Assembly (NCBI GenBank): GCA_000165425.1
Contig: CT868652.1
Location: 1 to 64,000 of the forward strand
Direction: 5' to 3'
DNA: 64,000 nucleotides
From: Paramecium tetraurelia
Taxonomy: Eukaryota
The notes below the pieces were generated by a model. The model was not told the origin of the DNA and ran no database searches. It worked only from the letters and a program-made list of their open reading frames with translations. Shown piece after piece: positions 52,839 through 64,000 of this stretch; positions within the stretch are counted from its first letter, which is position 1, and the number at the start of each line of letters is the position of its first letter. Both the position numbers and the translations under genes were made by a program.

Positions 52839-55519
52839 ATGCTCTCATAAAGGAGTAGTAGAAAACTTTTAGACAATGCAATTGGGCCATCTTTGAGATA
52901 TGATCCTCAGGCAAACAGATGTTATGAGAAAGATAGATCGCCTTCGAGACTATCAATAGATTCTGAGCAGCAGCTAAAGATAAATAATAGTGAGGGAATA
53001 AAGTTGAGCATACACGATACTGCAGACAAAAAGAAAACTATAAATTTAAATATTGCTAGAAGGAAATCTGCGCGAACACAATAAGTAACATTGTTGTAAA
53101 ATACTAAAAGATGAGCAAGCGAAAATCAGAGCAAACAAAAAAATTTGAAGGATTGTCCATCTTAAGAACTATGCAGCAGAATTAACTTATTTAAAAATTT
53201 GTGAATACTTTATTAATGAAATCCTATATCTTGTCAGAACATAACAAGTACCTACTAACTCAAGAAAGCTACATGCAATCTAAAGTTGATAAAACTAAAT
53301 ACTAAAGTAAAAATATTGTCATAAAAAACAGATTAAAATTAGAGTAGCACTACGAATATATTCGCACCAGGAAGCTAATTGGTGATGATATGGGATGTGA
53401 GTGCGACCTTCTTTGATTGCTTTAGTTTATGGCTTTGTCCATTTGTATCGTCATTTGTGGACGATCAAAGTTGTCGAGCAGCAGAGATGTTCTTAATTAT
53501 CCATATCATAATTGACATAATCATCCATTTGAATAGGCCCATCATGATCTAAGGAGAAATCATTTTCGATAAATTGCAAATTATATAACATTACTTTAAA
53601 GGTCAATTACTGGAAGATCTCATTAGCTTGACCATGTGGTTTTTAATGTATTTTGATTTTAATTAAATACCTGTGACTAATGAGATTATAGCACTCATTC
53701 TCATAACGATTTCTATTTTGAAGGTGAAACGAAATTATGAGAACTTTATAGAATCTCTCTATTTATAAGGTGCTGTAAACTAGTTGGTTGATCTGATCAC
53801 TCTAATAATGATGATCTACTTCTTTGCTCATTTCATGGCGTGTGTATTTCATCACGTTGGCGATTTAACCTCTGATTCTGAAAATTGCTGGTTAATACAC
53901 TACAATCTTGCGAACAGACCCATCTCAGTCAAATATAACCATTCTTTCTATTGGGCCACTATGACTATGGTCACTGTTGGTTATGGGGATATCACACCAC
54001 AGAACGAAGCAGAATTGGTCACAGTCAATTTGCTAATGCTGTTATCCAGTTGCATGTTTGGGTACTCAATGAGTTCCATTGGAATGATTCTCAAGAGCAT
54101 ACAGGATGCAAAATACAAATGCAAAAGATCCCTCATTCTAATGAATTCCTACATGAGATAGAGTCAAGTAGACCAACAGATTCAGAGCAGAGTAAGGGAC
54201 TTCATCAAGTACCAAGTTGAAATGGAGTCAAAAGAGAACAATGATGATGTCAACTAAATTATTAGTGATCTACCTAATTAATTGAAGTAAGAGTTGTAAA
54301 CCAATGTGTAAATGAACATCATGCAAAAGATAAAGATAATCACGTCCTAATTCACCAAACAAATCTAATCCGAGGTGTCTTAGAATCTCGTACAACTAAA
54401 ATTCACCCCTGGAGATTACATTTTTCATTAGGATTAGATTGACAATAACTTGTAATTATTATGCACCTATATATTTATAGATATTATATAAAGGAGGGAT
54501 AAATACAAATCACTGAAGAAAAAAGTGGTAAAGTATTGTAAGTAATTAAATCTACTAATACTTTTGGAGAATATTAGTTTTTCACAGGTCTTTCTACTAA
54601 AACCTCTGCTTAAAGCATAGGATTCTCTGAAATCTATTAAATTAAAAGAGACATCTTTCTAAAAATTATACGGTCTTCCAATAAAGATTTTGAGAGGTTT
54701 CACAATATCAAAGACAATTTGATTCTTAATTCAAATTATTATGTGATCTTCCAAAATTGCAATTTCTGTAAAATGTACACTCATTCAAACATTGATTGTC
54801 CATTGCTCAACTATAAACCAGATGCCCAAATTCTATCGATAAAAAAGCAAAGAGAACATCCATTTCAACAGCGAAAAACCTTTGTCAGAATGGGCAATAA
54901 AATTAAGTCCATGTGTATATAGCAACAAATCACCTTGGCAGTGGAGGAGTTCTTGGAAAAGCAGAGTTCATTTCACGAAGTAATTAGAGAAATCCAGAAA
55001 CACTCCGAGGAAAGTCCTAATACCTAACAGGAACAATAGCCAATCTAAATAGAAATCAAGGCCAGCGAAGATCAGCCCATAGAGAATTAAGGATCTAGTC
55101 TGCTTCCTCCCAATACGACGGCTTCAACCAATACTGGACCACCTTCTTTAGCGATGATGAGAGGAAAATCTAGTAGATATGTCTTCAATCAATCTTCAAA
55201 AGGGTCTCATCCCAAAAACTACTTTGTTATGGCCCCTAGCAATAAGGAACCGGTTAAGGAACTAATTTTAAAATAGAATTCATTTATTTACTACCTTTAT
55301 TTTATTTACTAGTTTCACTCCAATGAGATCGATTAGATGAGAGAATATCAGACTTACATGCCCTAAAATAATTGTTCCAACTCCATCAAATTAAGAGAAA
55401 AATACCTTGACAAAAAGCAATCCGTTAGATCAGGAGGAGACAATGGCTAAACCAAAACCTATATTCATCTTAGATAAAGAGATTTACTCTCTTCATAAAT
55501 ACTATCGCCTTACAATTGA
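52839..55519 (+). CDS. 6TM K+ channel with CNBD
   Basis: YFFAHFMAC; SFYWATMTMVTVGYGDITP; C-linker; CNBD FTPGDYIF..FGEYQFFTG; C-terminal CxxC-H-C cluster. Confidence 0.9.
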
Positions 55520-55594
55520 AATCCAAATATTAGCAACATTTTAAATAACCTATCAAGAATAACCTATTTACTAAATTATTATTATTTATAAATA

Positions 55595-58247
55595 ATGGAT
55601 TCACCTAATTTAATCGTCTTAAATACTGAACTGCCAATAATGGGACCTTAGCTTTCTCCAAGATCTTCCTATATCAAATATGTTAAGAATTGTTCATCTT
55701 CATACATTTAACAAGAAAGCGAAAGAAACGAAGATGAAATGTTCAGTCCAAATTTAAGTGATAATCACTAGGAACAGAAATTAATTAATTTGGAATCTAG
55801 TAGAAGAATATCAAAAAAGTTAGAAACATTTAAATTTACTTAGATAGCAAAATAAAACAAAATTATAGAGAAATTCAAAAACAATCTGTTATAATTTTCG
55901 TACATAATGCCATAGAAATTTAAAACAAAGTTATTATCAATTGAAAATTATTTGCAGAAAGACAAACTGAAAAAAACATCAAGTATTAAGTCCAAATAAT
56001 TTATAGCTTAGATCACCGGCAAGAATTAAAATAATATTATTTCTCCCTCTAATATATTGTTATTTTATTGGGAAATTTTCAATATTCTTATACAATTCAT
56101 TTCTCTCTGGATTTGTGCTCTCATTGTATCGTTTTCAAATTCATAAGAAGTTAACTTTCAATTCTTTGGTTGTTTATTTATTAGCATAAACATTATAGAG
56201 ATGATTATCACAATAAATAAAGAAATATATATAGAAGGTTAAATCATTAATACTCGAAATGATATTCTTGTTAATTACTTAACTAAATCATCCTATTTGG
56301 ATGTCTGCTCAATATTTATCTGGATTATGATATCCTTTAGAATGATTGAATAGAATAGCATAGTGCAAGTGTTTGCAATCCTTCTTTTGATAATTATATT
56401 TGCCAGAATCTTTCGTGTATATGATTACATAGTGGAATAGCTATATTAAAAAGGGTTTGGTGGTTATGCTTTTGATCTGTTAACTCTAGTTGTAAGCATC
56501 TACTTCTTTGCTCATATAATGGCTTGTTTATGGCTGATGGTTGGATTGAATTCAAGTGGGGAAAGGATGAATTGGTTACGGGATAATGATTTGGAAACTG
56601 AAAGTATTTGGACTCAATACAATAATGCGTTCTATTGGGCCACAATGACAATGGTTACAGTTGGATATGGAGACATTACACCAAGGAATAACTATGAAAT
56701 GACCTTTGCCAATGTAGCTATGTTTTTTTCAAGTTGTGTATTTGCTTATTCGATGAATGCAATTGGTATTTTACTGAAAGGATTCAATGATGTCAAATAA
56801 AATTACAAGTAATAAATCGAAATATTAGAAGAAAGTCTGTAATCATAATGAATCAATACATGAAATCAAATAATATTGACGATGAAATCCAGAACAAAGT
56901 TAGAAACAATCTAAAATATTTAATATAAAATTAGGAAGGTGATAATATCGATGCAAACAAATTAGTTAATAAATTATCAATAGGACTTTAATAAGAATTG
57001 TAGGCAGATTTACTTGAAAAGATTATTAAGAATATAAAAGTGTTATCCTGCAATTTTAGTAAATAAATTTTACAAGAAATCCAGGGATTAGTAAAGATAG
57101 TCTAATTTTCACCAGGAGAGTTCATTCAAAAGAGTGGAAGTGTATTAAATGAAGATGAGATATTTTTGTAAGCAAGATATAATATCTTAGATATTATATA
57201 ATGAAAGGGAATGTGAACTTTATTTCAAATACCACAAATTCATTGATTTACAAATTAGGAGCAGGAGAAACATTTAATTAATATCAATTTTTTACTGGTT
57301 TTGGTGATTAGAAAATTGATATTATAAGTGATGACTTCTGTCAATTAGTTAAATTGAACAAATCCCAGTTCATAAAATTAATATTTGAATCCAAAAGAGA
57401 TTGGGAAATATATCATTCCATCAAAGATAATGCAGCTAATAATAATGATTTGATTGACTTAAATTACAAATGCTAATTTTGTCAAAGGAATACACATTTA
57501 AGACAAAGTTGTCCTCTGCTAACCTACTAACCCAATATACAGCATAAAATAAGAAAGCAAGATTAAAAGAAGTATGAGCAAATTAGATCTCAAGTGAGTA
57601 GAAATTGTGTAAAATTGAATAGTAAAATGATTCTAGACGAAGTGAAAATGACTATCTAATAATATATGATGAATAATATCAATGACTTTAATGATAATCT
57701 TTCTAGGAAGGAATCAAAAGTGATTGAATAGGACGATGATTAGTAATTCAAAAAGATTGAATTTATTTCAAGTACTCCTATTTAGATTAACAACCCTTCA
57801 GCTAAGAAAGCAACTATAATTTAGAATCTGGGGAGTCAAAATTACATACGAAGTAAGCTTCCAGCTGGTACTCCATTAAGAGCAAATAATCAATTGAAAT
57901 TTCATAAATAAACGTCCCATCAAAATTCAACAAATCAATCATAACCAATAGCATCTCAAACTAATGTGTAACCGGCAATTTAATTTAGGATGCTCGATCA
58001 TGTTTTCGACTCTATGAAGTTTACTTATATTAACATTGATAAAATGCATAATTATATCAATTATTTACCTCACAACAATTTACGACGGATTTTGATTCAG
58101 ATGGATGCTTAAAATTAGCATCTCAAAGAAACATCTAAAGGGTTGATCAAAATTGATAAATCTCTTGGATTCACTGCCAAATTGAAAAGTGGGAAACAGA
58201 GGAGCAACAATGCTTTAAAATAAAGTTAGCCCAATATCAAGGCTTGA
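55595..58247 (+). CDS. 6TM K+ channel with CNBD (tandem paralog)
   Basis: YFFAHIMAC; AFYWATMTMVTVGYGDITP; CNBD FSPGEFI. Confidence 0.9.
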
Positions 58248-58274
58248 AAATATATAAATAATTAATATATATAA

Positions 58275-60127
58275 ATGAGTGAACGACACAGATTTTCCAG
58301 TTAATAAAAACTTCCAATCTTAGATTTGACATAAACAAATAGATTTCCGACGGAAGGACTTAAAGTTAATGTAATGTCTTTTTAAGGAAATAGATTACAG
58401 TCTAATCAGGTGATGCATAATTCGTTAGTTTCAGATCTTTAAACGAACTCAATCCTAAGTTTGGCTTTCCTATAAACTCCATGGATTCATCATAACAATT
58501 AAATTAAACAATCTAGAACGACCTAACCTAGAATAAGAAAATGCTTTTGATGTTAGGAAAAACTCTTTACAAATAAAAAAATGAATACTAAGAATATCAG
58601 GAAAACATGATTGTAATGATTTGCTTTAAATTAGAAAAAAATAAGAACCGTCACCAGAATGTAAAAGTAAGTTAAAAAAGTTCCACATCGAATCGAGTCT
58701 TTTAAAAATACTTATGATAATTCTCCAAATGCTATCCCATAATTTGCAAAAAAGAAAGTGTCATTCCCAATGTATTTTAATGGAGCATTTTTTACAAAAC
58801 TTTAGCATGTTTGGGTACCTACAATTAGAGAAAACACTATGGCAGCAGATTTCTAAAAAAAAATATACATGTTTGGTGGAATAGGAAGTGAAGTTATGGG
58901 TGATTTAATTGAATATGAAATACAAACAGGTAAATTTCGAGAGATTAAACAAAATGGTGATATTCCTCTCAATCGTTATGGTCATTGTTTACATAGTATT
59001 GGTTACCCAATGACTTTGTCGACTCAATTTTCTTATGACAATTAACAGTATAGTTAGATCAATGGGAAACAACTCATAATGTATGGAGGGGAAATGTAGT
59101 ATAATTCTGCTTTGAAACTAAGAGAAAATCTGAGTGACACTAGAATTTTTGATTTGGAAACAGAAACATGGTAAATACTAAAACCAAACATTGAGAATAT
59201 TCCTGAAAGTAGAAGATCCTTTGGTAGTTGTATAGTAGGGAAGGGATTGATTGTTATGGGTGGTATTCGAAGCAGATTCTCAGTTTTCAATGACATTCAT
59301 TATCTGAATTTAAGTAAATTTTAGTAGTAAATTTAACTTTAGATCTTTGTAAATGGAATCCATTAGATACATTTAAGAATCCATTTAATAAAGGATTGGC
59401 ATTCCAGTAATTAGTTTGTGCTTATAATAAGCCATAACTGATCTTTGAAAAAAAGGATACAAGAAGCAAACCCTACAAACCACTTGAACATGAGGGAATC
59501 TATTGTTTTGGAGGGTGCTATATAGATGAAATGAAAAATACGTAATTCTACAGCAATTTTATGGCACTCTTAAAATTAGATTAACCCAATAATCCCTGGG
59601 TAATTCCTGAAACTTCTGGAAAACAGCCTGCTCCCAGAATTCAACATACAGCCTCCTATGTATAAGAGATGAATATCATAATCATCTTTGGTGGTCGAGA
59701 TGACTCTAGGAGCAACCCTTATTTTAATGACTTATTCGCATATAAGATTTAAGAAAAGGAATGGGTTCAATTAGACATTTATGGCAATCTTCCAAGGCCA
59801 AGAGCATCTCATTCTGCTGTGGCTTACAAAAGTCAAGTGTTATATTTTGGGGGAGTGAGTATGAATGGATACCTGGAATTTTCAGTTAATGTGGCAGAAT
59901 TTAATTAAAATCAGATCAGACAATTACAAGCAGAAATGAAAGCCTATGAACAAACAACAGAAATTCAAAGTCCAAAAGAAGAAAGACAATCGATTTTAAC
60001 TAAACAGTATTTCTCATTGCATTAAGCTGCCCCCATCTAAAAACCTAAATAATTGACAAAGGCTGAGGAAATGAATTAACAGATCTAACAACTGTCCTTT
60101 TCAAATTTTCCTCTACATCTTAAATGA
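58275..60127 (+). CDS. Kelch-repeat protein
   Basis: IYMFGGIG, GDIPLNRYGHC, LIMYGGE, LIVMGG, SGKQPAPRIQHTA..IIIFGGRDD, GNLPRPRASHSA..LYFGG. Confidence 0.88.
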
Positions 60128-60167
60128 ACTTTATGATTGATATATTATTAATATAAATTTATAATTT

Positions 60168-62761
60168 TCATTCAATATTAACAGTTTTTAAATACAAGAG
60201 TTTCAATTTAAGAGCTTTGATCTTCACATTATAGAAGAATGTGTACTTATTCATATTCAAAACATGCTTTTCAAGCTTCTTTTGGTACTTTATATTGTTT
60301 TTTTCTAAAGATTAGATAATGTTTTCGAGGTTTTATCGTGGATAATACTTTTCATAGGACTGTTACCTATCACATTGGATAACTGGAGGGTACCACCTTG
60401 CATTTATGTATAAATCATCAATCATATTGAAATCTTTAGGTGTATTCGTTTATTCCTTATGAATTTATCTAGACTGAGAAAGTTAATTTTCAATTTAAGA
60501 TTATTGGTCTGCTTTAATTCCAATTCTATTCAAAGAGCAGTCATAGTATTATTGTTTTTATTCTTAATCCTAGTCTTCAGTGACAAAGCAAGATGATCGC
60601 TTTTACTCAATATTTTGAACTTCAGAATAATTACTAGTTTTAGATCTATGGGCTATTATAGCCACTTACAAAGAGTGAGAGAATTCAACTCCAGCAGTTG
60701 TATCTTCTGTAAAAAATTTGACTGATTTGGATATCTCCGATTATTATAGAATGCTTTTTATCTTACTTCCAAATCTTCTCCTCTTTTGTCTTTGTTAAAT
60801 TACAGGGTAAAAATTACCCTTTTTTATCCTCTGCTCAAGATCTGGCTTATATGTCAAAACAGGACAGTCGATTTCTTAATGATTCTACCTTTCACAATAT
60901 TTACATTCCATAGAAAATAATCTATAATTGGAATTAAAAATAATTTAATCTTTTATGAAATGAAACATTTCTAGATCTCTCTTGTTGAATTATAAAATAT
61001 CTAAAAATTTGTTCCTACTAATTCTATAAATATTGGAAAATCCCACACTGACAGCTGATGTTTTTGGAGGAAAATCAGTAAAGAATTAATAAATTCCGAA
61101 TTGTTAATGCTAAAATAGTTTTGAGAATTTCATTTTGCTTTAATCATCCTAAATATCCACTTCTCCTTCTATGATGAAGTAAAGGTTCTTATCAGAGACA
61201 TCTCCTCTTTTATAAATGATATCTCCTGGAGCATACTTAACTAATTCTAAGCTTTTCGATAATAATTGCTAAGTATTGCATGAGAAATGGTTTATAACTA
61301 GTCTTGCCTTATTGATGACTTTTCTCTGGATATCAGTATTTAGATCCAATTATAAATTTTATGGCAGAATCCCTACAAGTCTATTGATATCTTCTAAATT
61401 TTCATTCTATTCAGATTCGATATAATATTTGAGATAATTTCTAATTCTACTCTAAATTTGTGGCTCAACACAATTCTTGCTCATGTATGTATTCATCTAT
61501 AACAGAGATCTCTTATATTTCAATTTGGCATCATAGATGTTCTTGAGGATCATGCCTATAGAATTCATAGAATATGCGAATATTCCACTAGACAAAAACA
61601 TTACTACATTAACAAAGATAATCTCAATTTAACTTTATGCAGTAATATCTCCATATCCCACAGTTGTCATAGTCATTGTGGCCCAATAAAATGCATAATT
61701 ATACTTCTTCCAGATGGCTTCGTGTTCCAAATCATATTTTATTAGCCAAGATTATTCTCCTGATTTAACCCCAACGTAATGCCAGGCACAGGCAACTATA
61801 TGAGCAAAAAAGTATATGGAACAAATCAGACTTAACAAATCCATTATATAACTAGATACTCCTTTAACAAAGACATATTGGAAATAATCTGAAAAATATT
61901 TTTATATCTTATAGAATGTAACGATTAATTGGCATATAACGATGCATTCTCCAAGAATTTGATAAGACGTTAAGTTTTTTTAGATCAAAATCCATAAGGT
62001 TAAATTAGTTAAATCAGTGGTTGCATTGGTTTAGAAATATTATTGAATCAGTTTTTTTCTCTTTTTAATCACAATCCCTTAAACAATGATGCCTTTGTTA
62101 AAGGAAACAAGGATGTCACTGATTAGGAAGAATGTTGTTAATTACATGATAACATCAAAGGAGAAATAGTTTTCCATGTTGTCAAAAGATAATAAAAAAG
62201 GAGTGAACCACAGAATTATCAAATTAAGCAATATTCCTAAGGCATCCCAGACAATGATTGCTATGCTCGTTGGCATAATGATTGGGATCCTTGATTAAGA
62301 GAGGGATTCTTAAAACATTAAATTATCATATTACCCATGCTTTATTGTTTGTTTCCTTCTTTAAGATATTCATCATTCAAAATTTATTTTTTATTATTCT
62401 ATAAAACATATGAGTTTGTAAAAAGATTATTAATAAATTGCTTTTTAATACGTTCTGTTTTCAAAGCCTTCAGAAAATAGTTATAACCTGCAGAATTTCC
62501 GATTGTTTTAGATGATTTAAAAGGAGTTGTGGATTCGCAGGTTTTTCTCTAAGCAGTTTGAGTCAATTGTTGTTCCTGTATAACTAATCTTGGTTATCTC
62601 AAATTGTGGCGAGTGTTTGATTTGCTCCTTTCACAATCTATTATTTGTCTTTCACTATCTTCTGAAATTTCAGACAATCTGGATGCTGACTCACTTTTAA
62701 ACGTAACTTGTTTTGTGATCATCCTTGGCTTTTGATTAGAATATTGATCCTGCTGAAGCAT
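60168..62761 (-). CDS. 6TM K+ channel with CNBD
   Basis: YFFAHIVACAWH; AFYWATMTMTTVGYGDIT; CNBD YAPGDIIYKRGD. Confidence 0.9.
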
Positions 62762-63016
62762 ATTTAAAATTAAATAATATATTGGAATTCATTCGCATTA
62801 ATAAATCTTTTACCTCTTATAAAGGGATTTAAATTATTGATTAATGTAATATCTAATAATTAATAATATCTCATCTCAGCAATCATAAATCAATTATAAT
62901 GAAAGTGTTGATAATTACAATATATGAGATATGATATTTTAAAAATATATTTTGTTTTTACTAATATCCCTTTTATTTCATCCTGGTTTTGTATCTCTAG
63001 AAACTTTCTATAATAA

Positions 63017-63823
63017 TCAATTTAGGTTTAAATTACAGTTTAAAACTATGCACACCAGATGGAATTATATTTAAATATAATTTAATATAATCTTAAAGTA
63101 GATATTTGAAGTAATTAAATTCTGGTATTAAAATATTATTATTCTTTAAATTTAAAAAAACACAAATATCAATTCTTCAATTAGTTCAATCATGAATTAT
63201 ACTCGAACTAAAATAATTAGACTTAATATTTACTATGTTGAATTGGGTTCCCATGGGAGAGATCCATCACCTGAAGCGGATCTATAATTTGTCAGCTCGT
63301 CATTTGCCTATCGCATGTTGAAGTTGAGGTTCTCTTTCTGACCTGTGATGATTTACCATTACGCTAAGTTGCTTTCCCCTTAGAATTCCTTGAAACACAC
63401 GCACAAAACTTGAGTTTAGTTTTCAATTTCTGCTGGTTGTTCTTCAAATTTTTGGTGGATTTTTTTCATTGGTTATGGCAATCTGTCGCCAATCGAATAT
63501 GCAAGACCTTGTTAGGGTCTCAATTTCAAATGCTAATAACTAGTAAGGACTTAATTGGTTTATTCTTCAATATCTTGATCGTCATTGCATTCAAACACTT
63601 TCTTAGCTGAAGGATTTGGGCAAGGCACCAATCTTGAATTCAATCTAGTCAAATATGATCTGGATGCTAATTCATATGGCGGATAATAATTTAGAGTGTC
63701 CATTTGATAATTGATTTCCTCCATATAATTTACCTTATTCATTTTGATATTCATCGTCTTCTATTCTATCTGCTCCATATATTGATCCATCTCTTCTCTG
63801 AGTTTGAGTAATGTTTATCTCAT
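63017..63823 (-). CDS. Hypothetical protein with partial, interrupted PHD-like finger; 3' part doubtful
   Basis: 269-codon open frame MRQTLLKLREEMDQY...QTQVLCVCFKEFQGESNLAQW, then an unrelated GC-richer stretch and an AT-rich tail containing FHLVC. Confidence 0.5.
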
Positions 63824-63863
63824 AATTTTATAAAATAATTGTTATTATTATTAATAATACTTC

Positions 63864-64000
63864 TCAGAAATATGTATACTACATTTTTGGTTTACAATTA
63901 ATTTATACAAAATCTAACTGTTTACAATAATATTCTATTTGATTGAGTTCATCTCCTTCATACTCCATTAAAGTATAGACCACCCCCTCAATTAGTGCAA
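63864..64000 (-). CDS. 3' end of a gene entering from beyond the window
   Basis: ALIEGVVYTLMEYEGDELNQIEYYCKQLDF|intron|YTYF*. Confidence 0.45.

Noticed and set aside
63245..63300. U1 snRNA-like cues (hairpin plus ATAATTTGT Sm-like site)
   Set aside because: The 5' ACTTACCTG and the other U1 loops are missing.
181..63754. Short ORFs in the supplied track taken as separate genes or pseudogene fragments
   Set aside because: Artefact of the standard code: TAA/TAG are Gln and tiny introns shift frames. Many are antisense shadows (e.g. 9671-9976, 14717-15202, 31742-32116, 33909-34139).
1..64000. Retained IESs, telomere repeats, tRNA/rRNA, intact transposase
   Set aside because: None recognised by eye. 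Frame breaks in intact genes are explained by GT..AG introns, and IESs cannot be called without a MIC/MAC comparison.

Overview
AT-rich, gene-dense ciliate macronuclear-type DNA, almost certainly Paramecium. TAA/TAG read as Gln, TGA is the only stop, introns are 22-31 nt GT..AG, and intergenic spacers go down to about 26 bp. The supplied standard-code ORF track therefore only shows fragments, so I re-translated by hand with the ciliate code; ends and intron boundaries are manual and may be off locally. The first ~5.6 kb is mostly decayed coding-like sequence with one small intact zinc-ribbon/2-TM gene. About 30 genes follow. They include an importin-beta-like HEAT protein, a C2-C2-MORN-bulb-lectin protein with an N-terminal acylation motif, CCDC93, IQCA1/DRC11, four CNBD K+ channels, two Kelch proteins, a twin-CX3C small Tim, an ABCB half-transporter, a 4-EF-hand kinase, a thioredoxin/PDI, an FHA-RINGv ligase, an MFS sugar porter, DNA ligase IV, EF-hand, GYF, cNMP-binding and RINGv-TM proteins, WDR90/POC16, a TGA-interrupted LITAF gene and a gene with a possibly broken PHD finger. 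The best novelty candidate is the C2-C2-MORN-B-lectin architecture at 9030-10925. I recognised no rRNA, tRNA, CRISPR array, telomere repeat or intact transposon.
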